From: Thermoplasmatota archaeon
GTDB taxonomy: Archaea > Thermoplasmatota > Thermoplasmata > Halarchaeoplasmatales > Halarchaeoplasmataceae
DNA: 64,000 nt
Direction: 5' to 3'
NCBI GenBank assembly: GCA_036626195.1
Contig: JAZKSH010000001.1
Location: 9,334 to 73,333 of the forward strand
Positions within the stretch are counted from its first letter, which is position 1, and each line of letters opens with the position of its first letter. The translations under genes and the position numbers were made by a program. The notes under the pieces were generated by a model. The model worked only from the letters and a program-made list of their open reading frames with translations. It was not told the DNA's origin and ran no database searches. This document shows, in pieces, positions 30,210-40,145 of the stretch.

Positions 30210-30295
30210 TTTATCCTCATAATTGGGAGGGAAATAGGGTATAAATAAATAATGGAAAGAACAGAGAAAGGATTTGTGAGATTTCAGATGACAAC

Positions 30296-31264
30296 TCAGC
30301 GCCAAGTGACTTCCACTTCGTCGGTCCTGAATTTTTGCTTGATATGGCTATCTTCTACAGGGGTAGAGATGCCCGACTCGTGCATCAGATAGCCCGTCCA
30401 GGCTATCATAGCGGCGTTGTCGACACAGAATTCAGGTTCAGGCACGTGATAGCTTGCGTCCCTCTCTTCCGTCATCTTTTCGATCATCTCCTGGAGTCTT
30501 TTGTTTTGGACAACTCCGCCGCCTAAGAGGACTTCCTCTCTCTTCGTATGTGCCAATGCGCGCTCAGTGACTTCCGTCAACATGGCAAAAGTCGTCTCCT
30601 GGAGTGAAAAGCATATATCTTCTAAAGGAGCATCTTTATTCAATGCGGAAGTCATTATACCGGAAAATTCTACGTCCATCCCTTTTACGCTGTAGGGAAG
30701 ATCTAGTAATTTTTCGCCTTTTTTTGCCTTCTCCTCTATAGTGGGGCCCGCAGGAAAAGGCATATCCCTTTCTCGGCCGAACTTATCAAGCATATTACCG
30801 AGACCTATATCCAGCGTTTCTCCGAAGACCCTGTACCTCCCCTTTTTGAAGGCGATCACCTGAGTGTTTCCACCGGAAGCGTACAGCAGGACCGGATTTT
30901 GTGCTCTAGTACTCAACCTTCCTATCTCAAGGTGCGCTATACAGTGGTTCACACCGACTAACGGTACCTCAAGAGACAATGACAGACTCCTAGCCGCTGT
31001 AGCTACAGTGCGGAGACAGGGGCCTAAACCGGGCCCTTGGGAAAATGCTACTAGCTCGATGTCACTTTTCTTTATACCAGCTTCATCCACCGAGTCTTCG
31101 AGAAGTTGAACGATCTCCGCAGCATGGTGGTTAGCTGCTTCCCGTGGGTGTATCCCCTCCTTCTCCTTGTAAGTCTTAAAAACATTTGAAAGTACTTCGC
31201 CCTCCCCACTAATTACACTGGCACCAACAGTATGGGCCGTCCCTTCAATTCCTAAAACTAACAT
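30296..31264 (-). CDS. kae1: tRNA N6-adenosine threonylcarbamoyltransferase Kae1
   Basis: N-terminal MLVLGIEGTAHTVGASV plus the metal-binding His/Tyr blocks. There is no fused Bud32 domain. Confidence 0.9.
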   Translation of the reverse strand: MLVLGIEGTAHTVGASVISGEGEVLSNVFKTYKEKEGIHPREAANHHAAEIVQLLEDSVDEAGIKKSDIELVAFSQGPGLGPCLRTVATAARSLSLSLEVPLVGVNHCIAHLEIGRLSTRAQNPVLLYASGGNTQVIAFKKGRYRVFGETLDIGLGNMLDKFGRERDMPFPAGPTIEEKAKKGEKLLDLPYSVKGMDVEFSGIMTSALNKDAPLEDICFSLQETTFAMLTEVTERALAHTKREEVLLGGGVVQNKRLQEMIEKMTEERDASYHVPEPEFCVDNAAMIAWTGYLMHESGISTPVEDSHIKQKFRTDEVEVTWR

Positions 31265-31314
31265 AGAATTAGAAGATTAAACCTTTATATTTCTAGACCT
31301 AGATAAAGAAGGAT

Positions 31315-31478
31315 TTAGTCCGAACTGAGTATTCTGTAAACGCCGGTGCCACAGTCCGGGCATTCGCCTTTCATCGCCGGCCTTCCGTTCTTCATCTCAG
31401 TCTTTTCTGCATTTTTTATCTCCACTTTCTCGCCGCATTTTACACAATATGCTTTAGCCATGATTTTCACTTCGGACA
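31315..31478 (-). CDS. Small zinc-ribbon protein (DUF5679-like)
   Basis: Hand translation gives MSEVKIMAKAYCVKCGEKVEIKNAEKTEMKNGRPAMKGECPDCGTGVYRILSSD, with two CxxC pairs. It is under 60 aa, so it is absent from the ORF track. Confidence 0.45.
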
Positions 31479-31524
31479 TACAAGTAAACAGAGGTATTAA
31501 TATTTTGCTTCCTTAAAAAGGAAG

Positions 31525-31866
31525 GGGTGTCAGGTGACCGATGTAAGCCCCTTTCTGTTTGGTATCAGCCGACATTCACCTGCGCGTCCTACCTGCCGGT
31601 CCCGGAAAAGTCATCCCGGCTTTTTTGGACTTGCTCCAGTGGGGTAAAGTGGCCGTTTCATCGCTCCCTCTAGTTCTCAGCTCCGCAGATTAACTCACCT
31701 CCCTTGCGAGAGGTTTCGCACGCTTCACAGCTCTCTAGAGGACGTGTCGTTTCTGCGCCCTGAACCGTGGCTCTCACCACACCAGCTTGCACTGATCCAC
31801 CTTTCCTGTGGAGAGGGGACTTTCCTCAGGTTGCGACCCGTCAGTCAGCCACGGTCTCCTGACAGT
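31525..31866 (-). ncRNA. rnpB: RNase P RNA (archaeal), on the minus strand
   Basis: The minus strand carries GAGGAAAGUCCCC (the P4 5' strand) and ACAGAAAGGGGCUUAC (the P4 3' strand, CR-IV-like). A terminal ~12-bp P1 helix (GUCAGGAGACCG/CGGUCACCUGAC) closes the molecule. The region is GC-rich and ORF-free. Confidence 0.65.
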
Positions 31867-31914
31867 ATATGGATTGTAAGAGGTTGATATTTAACTTTTC
31901 CTTCTGAAAATTTT

Positions 31915-32613
31915 TCATCCTGCAGTCTTCACATCAGGAGGGCGAGAGGCTTTCAATACCCATCTACCTTCCGTGTTCTCGTATCTCCACTCACCTTTCA
32001 CTACGGCGGGCTTTCCGAGTATGTCCCCTTCTTCCTCCCATGGCCTCATTGTACAGGTGAGCTCATACCTATCTTCACCCTCATCAATACTCGAAAGAAT
32101 CAACTCAGTTTGCTGAGACGAGTTCTTCTTCTCAACCACGTCCCCTCTAACTTTCAGTTCCATACCTTCATACCATCTAGGGTCCTCGAGGAGAGAAGAA
32201 ATTTTGGTAAAACTACTGTGCGCCTTTTCTAAAACTGATAGATAGCCGAGTTCATCCACTCTAAGATTCAGGTCACCCTCATATTCTTCTAAAACCCCTT
32301 CCACCTCTACGACGGCTCCAGCCTTCAGGTCTCTTTTATCTTCCTCCTGAACCCTCTCGATTTCTTTGTCAACAGCTACGGTCAGTGATTTCTGGTGGTC
32401 CTCCTCCTTTAGTTCCAACAGAACTGTATTTGGTAACCTGGTTATCCCGGAAACCGTACCTTCAGTGACTACTCGGGAACCTATCATGCCTTCATCGATC
32501 TCCGATATATTGGCCCGGACGGTGGACCGCTGGGATGACAACAGATACAGGGCGGATATCCCGCAGATGGATATTACCACGGCGAGCGTCAAAAGTTGTT
32601 CTCTCGTCAACAT
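31915..32613 (-). CDS. Membrane-anchored protein with two OB-fold-like (tRNA_anti/BOF-like) domains
   Basis: N-terminal TM helix followed by two beta-rich modules. Confidence 0.4.
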   Translation of the reverse strand: MLTREQLLTLAVVISICGISALYLLSSQRSTVRANISEIDEGMIGSRVVTEGTVSGITRLPNTVLLELKEEDHQKSLTVAVDKEIERVQEEDKRDLKAGAVVEVEGVLEEYEGDLNLRVDELGYLSVLEKAHSSFTKISSLLEDPRWYEGMELKVRGDVVEKKNSSQQTELILSSIDEGEDRYELTCTMRPWEEEGDILGKPAVVKGEWRYENTEGRWVLKASRPPDVKTAG

Positions 32614-32634
32614 CTGAGGATCTCCTCCATCGTA

Positions 32635-33804
32635 TCATATCATGGTCTCTATCTTTTTTTCGAGTTCCTCCGCTGTGATGTCAGAAAGAGATATCTTGGT
32701 CGTTCTTCCCGACCCGTCCGCAAATGTCCTAGTATTCAATATCCCTTCGTCGGAGAGGGACTGCAGATAGTTCCAAAATTGAGTGTGACCTAGTTTCTTA
32801 TTATCCTTTTCTTCACAAACCACCTTATATATCTCCTCTATATCACCCGTAGTGGTATAGGTGGTATTTTTTAAAGCTCTAGTCGCCGCAAGCAGTATCA
32901 TCTTCTCCTGTTCCTTGAGATCCCTCAGTTTCCTCTCGGTTATATGGGGATTGACTTCAGCTTTCGCCGACCTTACATCCTCCGTTGTGACCTCATTTTT
33001 CCCGTTCATCTCAGCGATCAGGCACGATTTCTCCAGCAGCTCTATCCCAAACCTAGCGTCTCCTCTTCCGTCTCCACCTTTGCCGGAAACGTCGGACAAA
33101 AGCCGTATCTTTTCCTCGTCTATCGAGCCGGGATGTAGTGCGATTTCGACCCTCTGTTGGAGTATCGGTAAGAGCTCTTCATTTGTGTACTTGGGAAACT
33201 TCACTCGATTGCTTCTTTTAAATGAACTTCTCGCGCTTTCCTCTAGAAGTTGAAATGCGTTCTTTTGGGATATGAGCAGGATAGATATATTTCCTGCAGG
33301 TTTTAACCTCTCTTCATCGAACCTCGAGAGCAAGTAGATCAGATCCGACCCGTTATTTTGGATGAGATAATCCACCTCGTCCAGTACGATGATAAGATGG
33401 AGATTTTTCTCCTCTATCTTTTTCTTTATGACCTCCATCATCTCCTCTGTAGAGAAGCCCCTATCCGGAAAGCCTTTATCGAAGTGATGGACAACTTTCC
33501 ACATCACTGAGCTGTCCTTTTTCCTTCTCCTGCAGTTCACGAAAACATAATCTATCGTTTTTCCTTTATCTTTAGCCCAATCTTCGAAATCCATACAAAA
33601 TCTTTTGGCGGTTGCTGTCTTTCCTGTGCCGACTGGGCCGTGAAGGAATACGTTCTGAGATACGTCCGAAGAAACGATCCCTCTGAACAAACCGAAGAGT
33701 TTCTGCATCTGGTCTTCTCTATTTGGAAGGTCTTCAGGTATATAGTCGAACGATAGTTTTTCTTGATCTTTGATTATCTTTCCAGTAGATCCTTCAAAGT
33801 TCAT
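32635..33804 (-). CDS. orc1: Orc1/Cdc6 replication initiator
   Basis: AAA+ Walker A LHGPVGTGKTATAKRF plus a C-terminal winged helix. Confidence 0.9.
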   Translation of the reverse strand: MNFEGSTGKIIKDQEKLSFDYIPEDLPNREDQMQKLFGLFRGIVSSDVSQNVFLHGPVGTGKTATAKRFCMDFEDWAKDKGKTIDYVFVNCRRRKKDSSVMWKVVHHFDKGFPDRGFSTEEMMEVIKKKIEEKNLHLIIVLDEVDYLIQNNGSDLIYLLSRFDEERLKPAGNISILLISQKNAFQLLEESARSSFKRSNRVKFPKYTNEELLPILQQRVEIALHPGSIDEEKIRLLSDVSGKGGDGRGDARFGIELLEKSCLIAEMNGKNEVTTEDVRSAKAEVNPHITERKLRDLKEQEKMILLAATRALKNTTYTTTGDIEEIYKVVCEEKDNKKLGHTQFWNYLQSLSDEGILNTRTFADGSGRTTKISLSDITAEELEKKIETMI

Positions 33805-33855
33805 GATAGCTCACTTCGCTTTGGTTGACTATCTACATCTAAAACAATTATAAAA

Positions 33856-34956
33856 TTATACCGTTAGATCGGCCTCACAGACTTCACAGGATTCCGCACC
33901 TTTATCGTTCATATGTTGACAGATAGGACACTCTATCTTATCTTTTTCCTCATCTCTCTCCTTATCTACATTTTCCTCCTCGATATCGTCTTTTTTGGAG
34001 TTGATGCTCTCTAGTCCTTCCTGGATATTTTTACTCAAGTCTTCTACCTCGCTCATGTCTCTCTCCTCTTCTTCTAATTCTCTTTCAGCCTTTATTTTTT
34101 CCTGTTCCATCTCTTCTTTAGAACGTGGTAAGACCGATTCCTTAATGGTTACGTGTTCTCCTGTACTTAGTGAACCCACATATTCCACACTACCTTTCAC
34201 GTCGACGCCGTCCGCTAGGGTTACGCTTCCTCCTGCAGAGATATCCATGACTTCTGAGCTCTTACCTATATCCAGTTCGGAATCACTCTCTAAGGCTCTC
34301 GCGCTGACTTCCTCTCCCATCTGAATTTTTTTAGCGCTTATCAATCCTTTAATCTCGCTGTTGTCCCCTATCTTCACTTCCCCTAGAGGGGATATCACAT
34401 CTCCATCTACTTCGGTGTTTGCTCCCAGCCTTATATCCCCACCGGCCTCCACAGATCCTCTTATCCTGACATTCTCTTCGCCTTCTATCATACCGCTGCA
34501 TTCTATGCTTCCAGAGACAACTGTATCGGGTGAAAGGGCGATGTCCGTACCAGATAATACCGGACCGTTGTTGGACCCTTCTCCTTTATTCTTCATCTTC
34601 CTCATCAGATTTTCGTTCTCCCGGTTCAGCTCTTCCACCTGTTTTTCTAACTCCTGATTTTCATTCTCCAACTCCTGGATTATCTTGTCTTTCCCCGGGT
34701 CCTCTTCTTTCTTTAACTCCTCTTCCATCTCTTCGATCCTTCTTTCTTTCTCCTCCAGCATCTTCTTCTTTTTGTCCTGTATTGCTCTATTCTCCCCTTC
34801 CAACTGCTCGATCTCCTCTTCAAGGCTCTCCTTCTCCTCCCTCAACCGACGTATCTGATCGCGATATTTCTTGAGCTTTGTACGGATATAATCTTTCTCA
34901 TCATCCATAATCTGCACTTCCACATTGATTTTTTTAAAGGTTTCTATAATATACAA
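33856..34956 (-). CDS. Bactofilin-like (beta-helical polymer domain) protein with N-terminal coiled coil and C-terminal zinc ribbon
   Basis: The central region carries hexapeptide-like repeats (VRIRGSVEAGGDIRLGANTEVDGDVISPLGEVKIGDNSEIKG...). The C-terminus is CPICQ...CEVC. Confidence 0.5.
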   Translation of the reverse strand: MYIIETFKKINVEVQIMDDEKDYIRTKLKKYRDQIRRLREEKESLEEEIEQLEGENRAIQDKKKKMLEEKERRIEEMEEELKKEEDPGKDKIIQELENENQELEKQVEELNRENENLMRKMKNKGEGSNNGPVLSGTDIALSPDTVVSGSIECSGMIEGEENVRIRGSVEAGGDIRLGANTEVDGDVISPLGEVKIGDNSEIKGLISAKKIQMGEEVSARALESDSELDIGKSSEVMDISAGGSVTLADGVDVKGSVEYVGSLSTGEHVTIKESVLPRSKEEMEQEKIKAERELEEEERDMSEVEDLSKNIQEGLESINSKKDDIEEENVDKERDEEKDKIECPICQHMNDKGAESCEVCEADLTV

Positions 34957-35004
34957 TGTTGTCTTACATTATTTAAGATTTGTTTTGACTGAAAAAGGCA
35001 GAGG

Positions 35005-35661
35005 TTACAGTTCTTTTTCCAAGGTCTCGCTTAAGATGTCCACCACTCCCTCCATCCTCTCTTCCTCTATTAAACCTATCAGAGCTCCTCTTTTAGAGAG
35101 GCGTTTTATGTTCTTCGCCATCACCTTTTCTCTATGGTTTTCCAGCTCCTGAAAGCCGGTCAGCTTGTTTATAATCTTGTCCCACTTTAGGGCGAATTCC
35201 TCAGGGGTTTCGGCATCCACATTTTTTCTCCGCAGGGTTTTTTCTCTCAAAGCCTGTCTAAGCCACTGTGTTCCGGTGACGTGATCGCAGTAGGCCATGG
35301 TGTAGTGTTCTTCATCCATGTCAAAAGCTTCTATATCTATATCACGTTCTTTACAATAATCGAGAAAAAAGGTATAGGAGGGTGGGGGTAAACTCACTTC
35401 GCCGAATTGACTCAGTTTTTCGGCATATATCCTTTCTGGGGTGGACGGTTCAACTTCTATCTCGTCGTCCGCACCGCTTTTTTCTACAAAATCTTTCAAC
35501 CCCTTGACCTCTTCCTTCGAGATCGGGAGTCCTCCCACATCGAAATCCGGTTTTAATCGCTCTATATCCTCTTTCAATCTATCTCCTTCAGAAACCAGCC
35601 CCTTTACCACACCTAAAAGATAGACTTCAGAACCATCAATATTTAATTTGTATTTGCTCAT
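35005..35661 (-). CDS. TraB/PrgY-like family protein, tentative
   Basis: N-terminal LLGVVKG...PDFD resembles the start of TraB/GumN proteins. The assignment is weak. Confidence 0.3.
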   Translation of the reverse strand: MSKYKLNIDGSEVYLLGVVKGLVSEGDRLKEDIERLKPDFDVGGLPISKEEVKGLKDFVEKSGADDEIEVEPSTPERIYAEKLSQFGEVSLPPPSYTFFLDYCKERDIDIEAFDMDEEHYTMAYCDHVTGTQWLRQALREKTLRRKNVDAETPEEFALKWDKIINKLTGFQELENHREKVMAKNIKRLSKRGALIGLIEEERMEGVVDILSETLEKEL

Positions 35662-36614
35662 TTTCTATCATCCAAAAGTTCTGTCACCTTTTCTCTATCC
35701 TTTATTTTCGACAGTTCCTTCTTCTCTATTAGCGGTATGCCTTCTATGTTACTCCTGCTGTAACTTTTCCGCAGGAATATGACCGAGTCTTTTTCGGCGA
35801 TGTTCGACAGATTCGAAACCACCTTAGCTTTTTCCTTTAAGTCCTTGTTTTCTTGAGAACTGATGCCGCTGATAAGGACCGTCTCGTCGTCTTCAGTTAT
35901 AGCTTCAAACGGACACTTGCAGGTGGGAACTATCTTGTATCCTATCGACCTTAGAGATTTGAAGATGCTCCGTTCCAACCCGGAGTACTGGTCTAGTTCT
36001 ACTGATTCCGAGTATTCCCTGTCTTCGGATTCCGTTTCCTCTTTTTCGAAGGGGTTGATAGGGAGTATGAGATCCTCTCCCAAAAATTCTTCCAGCTTCA
36101 AAGCCACATCCAAATCGGCACCCATGCCGTTCTCGTACTTCTGTATGGACTTGCGAGAGACTCCTGCGACTTCTGCAAGTCTGCTGAGCGAGATCTTCTT
36201 TTCCTTCCTCGCTTCCTTTAAAATCTCTGAATCCATCTTCACGTAGAATCCACCCGGGGCAGAAAAGACATAAGGGGGTACGCCTTCCAAGACCATATCT
36301 TTCAAAGTGTCAGGGTTGAGCAATGGGATCCCGTTCCTCGAGTATACAACACCGGGCTTCAACTTTCTCTGTCCACCCACCAACGAGACGTAAAGAGGGG
36401 TGGCATCTATAGCTTCACAAAGTACTTTCATCTCCTTAGCATCTCCAGGGCGAGAGCTATCGGCGTTGACCGTGGCTCTGATGACGTATAGCTGTTCATC
36501 TTTCCTGGCGATTATATCGAATATCGTCCCGGGCTGATACTGTCTCTGGGATAGGTAAAACCCTCCTTTTGATAGAATTTCCCGGACTTCTTCTATCAGT
36601 TGAAGTCGGTTCAT
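35658..36614 (-). CDS. Archaeal COG1395-type HTH (XRE-like) transcriptional regulator
   Basis: Central HTH ISLSRLAEVAGVSRKSIQKYENG. The N-terminal domain is of the kind conserved in archaea. Confidence 0.5.
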   Translation of the reverse strand: MNRLQLIEEVREILSKGGFYLSQRQYQPGTIFDIIARKDEQLYVIRATVNADSSRPGDAKEMKVLCEAIDATPLYVSLVGGQRKLKPGVVYSRNGIPLLNPDTLKDMVLEGVPPYVFSAPGGFYVKMDSEILKEARKEKKISLSRLAEVAGVSRKSIQKYENGMGADLDVALKLEEFLGEDLILPINPFEKEETESEDREYSESVELDQYSGLERSIFKSLRSIGYKIVPTCKCPFEAITEDDETVLISGISSQENKDLKEKAKVVSNLSNIAEKDSVIFLRKSYSRSNIEGIPLIEKKELSKIKDREKVTELLDDRK

Positions 36615-36664
36615 CAGTACTTTATTTAGTCTGAGGTTCTATATAAAGGTAAGGTCAGATTTAG

Positions 36665-39004
36665 TCAATCGCCCATCTCTTTTCCGAGAGTTTCCTTCCA
36701 AGATCTTCTTATCTCCTCTAAACTTAAATCTATCTTCTCTTTTTCGTTCACTTCGACTTTGACTTTACCTTTCACTTCGGAGACGGATCCTATCCTCTGG
36801 ATTGGTACGGAGAAGTTTTTCTCGAATTCTTCAATATTTTTCTCCTCTACCTCCACGATCCACCTCGTGTTGCTCTCGGAGAAGAGGAATTTATCCGGTC
36901 GTAAATCCGTCTGTAGATCGACTTTTACACCTAGATCGCCGGCCAAACACATCTCCGCTAGAGCCACACCGAAACCGCCCAGAGATACATCGTGACAGCT
37001 CCTTATCAACCCTTTCGAGTGAGCACTCAACATCTCGTCTTTGCTCTTCTGTAGAATATTCACGTCGACTTGGGGCACCTTCCTGCTCGAGCAATCTTCC
37101 ATCTGGTAGTACTCGGAACCTCCCATCTCTTCTTTTGTCTTTCCAACCAGGTAAAGGACGTTACCTTCCTCTTTCAGGTCCATGGTCTCCGCTTCTCTCA
37201 CGTCATCTATCAGACCGCTGGCTAGTATGGAAGGCGTTGGCTTGACAGGTCCCTCTTCTGTCTCGTTGTAGAAACTGACGTTTCCCGAAACGAACGGTAT
37301 CCCCATCGGTCTCGCGACCGCTTCTAGACCTTCCGCGACCCTTTCAAAGTCTCCGAGTCTTTCCGGCTTCTCAGGGTTGCCGAAATTAAGACAGTCCGCG
37401 AAGGAATGAGGTTCGGCTCCTACCGCAACCAGGTTGCGGACAGCTTCGTCAAGGACGGACATAGCCCCGGCCTTCGGATCTAAAGCAGTCAACTTCGGGA
37501 TAACGTCCGTCGTGATCGCAACACCTTTGAACGAATCTTCGAGAGGTTTGATCAGAGAAGCATCTCCTGGACCTTGCTTTCCCAGTACGCCCTGTAAAGG
37601 CTTCAAAACAGTATTTTCTCTGACCTCGTGATCGTACTGCCTGATCACCCACTCCTTGCTGTTGATATTGTCTCTCTGGAGGAGTGTAAGAAGAACGTCC
37701 CCATAATCTTCGGGTTCTTCCGGCTCTTTCTCTTCTATCTTTCTTACATGCTCTACGGATTCTGTAGGTCTGCAGTATGTAGGTCCGCCAGTCTGAAATT
37801 CTAAGTCTAGATCCATTATCTTTTCATCTTCGTAGTAAACTTTCATCCTTTTCTCGTCGATAACCTTTCCTATCCTTGTCGCCTCAACGTCCCATTTTTC
37901 GCAGATTTGCATCACTTCTTCAACATCTTTCTCTTTGACGGCGTACATCATCCTTTCCTGGCTTTCAGAGACCCAGATCTCCCAGGGAGCCATGTCTTCT
38001 TCTTTGAGCGGAACTTTATCCAGTTGCACTTCCGCACCGTAACCCGCATCGAGACCCATCTCGCCGGCTACACAGGACAGTCCTCCACCGCCGAAGTCCT
38101 TCATACCTTGTAACAAACCTTTCCTGTTCAACTCCAAGCTCGTATGTATCAGTGGCTCCTTCGTTATCGGGTCGCCGACCTGTACCGCTCCGATATCTTC
38201 CTCTTCGGAATCTTCATGTAATTCGTCAGAAGCGAAAGTGACTCCATGGATTCCGTCTCTACCGGTCTTCCCTCCCGCCATGATGAAGACGTCGCCGGGT
38301 TCTTTGACCCTGCTGCGTATCAATTCCTCCTTTTTTGCTATCCCTACGCAGCCGACGTTGACGAGACAGTTAGAGGTATAACAATCGTCGAAGTAAACCA
38401 TCCCCGCTACCGTAGGGATCCCGAGCCTGTTTCCGTAATCGCTTATGCCGTGGACCACGCCGTCGAAGAGATATCTTGGATGCTTGGTACCGGAAGGAAG
38501 ATCATCATAGTCTATATCCAAAGGTCCGAAGAACAGCGGATCGACAAAAGCTAAAGGTTGAGCGCCCATACAGGTCACATCTCTAACGATGCCTCCTATC
38601 CCGGTAGCTGCTCCTCCATAAGGTTCTATGGCGGAGGGATGATTGTGACTCTCCAATGCGACAACGTAAGCGTGATCGTCGTCGAACTCTACCACGCCGG
38701 CGTCTTCTTCGACCACGTAGATGTTCTGGGGCGCCTCTATATCGAATACAGTATCTTTCAATATAGGTTTAGAGGATTTGTAGCAGCAGTGCTCGGACCA
38801 GGCCTGTCCTATGGCCTCCAACTCGAGGTCCGTGGGATTCCGCCCGATCTTTTCAAAATGTTCCTTCACCATCTTCATCTCGTCGAGACTCAGGCCGACC
38901 CCGCTTTCCCTGCTGATCTCTTCCAAGTCTTTTTCATCCGCATCTAGGACGTTCACTTCGTGCAGTTCGAAAGGAACTTCTCTCTCGATGTAATGTTTCA
39001 TCAT
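36665..39004 (-). CDS. purL: Phosphoribosylformylglycinamidine synthase subunit PurL
   Basis: 779 aa with PurM-like tandem domains and conserved GGLS/GDA blocks. Confidence 0.9.
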   Translation of the reverse strand: MMKHYIEREVPFELHEVNVLDADEKDLEEISRESGVGLSLDEMKMVKEHFEKIGRNPTDLELEAIGQAWSEHCCYKSSKPILKDTVFDIEAPQNIYVVEEDAGVVEFDDDHAYVVALESHNHPSAIEPYGGAATGIGGIVRDVTCMGAQPLAFVDPLFFGPLDIDYDDLPSGTKHPRYLFDGVVHGISDYGNRLGIPTVAGMVYFDDCYTSNCLVNVGCVGIAKKEELIRSRVKEPGDVFIMAGGKTGRDGIHGVTFASDELHEDSEEEDIGAVQVGDPITKEPLIHTSLELNRKGLLQGMKDFGGGGLSCVAGEMGLDAGYGAEVQLDKVPLKEEDMAPWEIWVSESQERMMYAVKEKDVEEVMQICEKWDVEATRIGKVIDEKRMKVYYEDEKIMDLDLEFQTGGPTYCRPTESVEHVRKIEEKEPEEPEDYGDVLLTLLQRDNINSKEWVIRQYDHEVRENTVLKPLQGVLGKQGPGDASLIKPLEDSFKGVAITTDVIPKLTALDPKAGAMSVLDEAVRNLVAVGAEPHSFADCLNFGNPEKPERLGDFERVAEGLEAVARPMGIPFVSGNVSFYNETEEGPVKPTPSILASGLIDDVREAETMDLKEEGNVLYLVGKTKEEMGGSEYYQMEDCSSRKVPQVDVNILQKSKDEMLSAHSKGLIRSCHDVSLGGFGVALAEMCLAGDLGVKVDLQTDLRPDKFLFSESNTRWIVEVEEKNIEEFEKNFSVPIQRIGSVSEVKGKVKVEVNEKEKIDLSLEEIRRSWKETLGKEMGD

Positions 39005-39010
39005 ATCCCT

Positions 39011-39256
39011 CTAATCTGTTATCTCTATGTCGTAAGTTTGGATCACTGGATTCGCGAGCAGTTTCCTACACATCTCCTCTACTTCGTCTTTAGCGTCTTC
39101 TTTCGAGATATCATCTCCGAGGTCTATCTCGAAGATCTTGCCCGTTTCGACCTTCTCGACGTCCCAGCCCAGGAGTTTCAAAGTCTTCTTCGTGTTCATA
39201 CCTTCTGGATCTGCGACGCCTTCTTTGAGCTCAATAACGACTTCAGCGACTACCAT
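39011..39256 (-). CDS. purS: PurS subunit of FGAM synthase
   Basis: About 81 aa, starting at the internal Met MVVAEVVIELKEGVADPEG. It sits immediately upstream of purL. Confidence 0.7.
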   Translation of the reverse strand: MVVAEVVIELKEGVADPEGMNTKKTLKLLGWDVEKVETGKIFEIDLGDDISKEDAKDEVEEMCRKLLANPVIQTYDIEITD

Positions 39257-39329
39257 CTGACCACGGATGTAAATTGGAAGGTTGTTTAATAGGTTTTCTA
39301 ATCCAAAATTTCGCATGTAGATATCTTCG

Positions 39330-40145
39330 ATGAGAGTTAAATACACGCTCTATAATTATGTAGTGATGAGTCTCCCGCTAAAATGGATTATAGTTTTGGC
39401 CGTTTCACTCCTACCGTCTTTAGGATACTCGATCTACATAAGAAATATAGAGGAATATAAGAAAGAGCCCTGGAGATACGTCGCTCTGGCTTATCTGTGG
39501 GGTGCCGTCGCGGCGGGCATCTTCGTGCTCATCTCCTTTCTCATATACGGCCAGATAGAAAGGGAGCATGAGTACTTCCAGTTCTTCCGTTCTTTCTCCA
39601 ATGCGTTCATAATAGTCATATTCTTCCCGCTCTTGGGTGAAGGTCTGAAGGCCGTAGGTTTGCTCTTAGTAAAAAAAGAGCTGGACGAGGTGGAGGACGG
39701 TCTCATACACGGAGCTATTCTAGGGCTAGGATTCGGTGGATTCGCCAATATAGCTTACTTTTACACGGCCTTCACCTGGCAGTCCGAGATGATAGGTGGT
39801 TATGAGGTGCCAACTCTCCTCTTTCTCATCATGGCTAGTGTCTCCACCATACTCCTTCACGGCAGTTCCACCGCAGCTGCGGGCTATGGAGTTTCCAGCG
39901 CCCTTGTAGATTTTGATTATACTCATCTGGTAATGTACTTCTTTGCCGGTGTTTCCATCCATCTATTCTTCAATCTCCTGAATACCATAACAATATACTT
40001 AGAAGTGCAGTCCGGCCTTTACTATCTTATCGGACTAGCCGGTGTACTTCTCATATCCAACCTAGTCTTCAGAACGATAAGGACTAGGCTGCTCAAATTG
40101 ATCGAGATCTTGGATCTGGAGACGCATGAAGAAAGGACTAAATGA
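39330..40145 (+). CDS. PrsW-family-like intramembrane protease homolog
   Basis: Polytopic membrane protein with a GEGLKAV and GLGFGGFANIAY pattern. Confidence 0.4.
   Translation: MRVKYTLYNYVVMSLPLKWIIVLAVSLLPSLGYSIYIRNIEEYKKEPWRYVALAYLWGAVAAGIFVLISFLIYGQIEREHEYFQFFRSFSNAFIIVIFFPLLGEGLKAVGLLLVKKELDEVEDGLIHGAILGLGFGGFANIAYFYTAFTWQSEMIGGYEVPTLLFLIMASVSTILLHGSSTAAAGYGVSSALVDFDYTHLVMYFFAGVSIHLFFNLLNTITIYLEVQSGLYYLIGLAGVLLISNLVFRTIRTRLLKLIEILDLETHEERTK

Noticed and set aside
28845-30305. 486-aa version of the malic enzyme ORF
   Set aside because: The N-terminal 32 codons overlap kae1 and lack conservation. Met 30209 (MGEKEKV) gives a typical-length malic enzyme.
32614-33855. Origin of replication (oriC) adjacent to orc1
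   Set aside because: The intergenic regions flanking orc1 are only ~20 and ~50 nt, with no room for ORB repeats or a DUE. The nearest large gap (31479-31914) is explained by an RNase P RNA.
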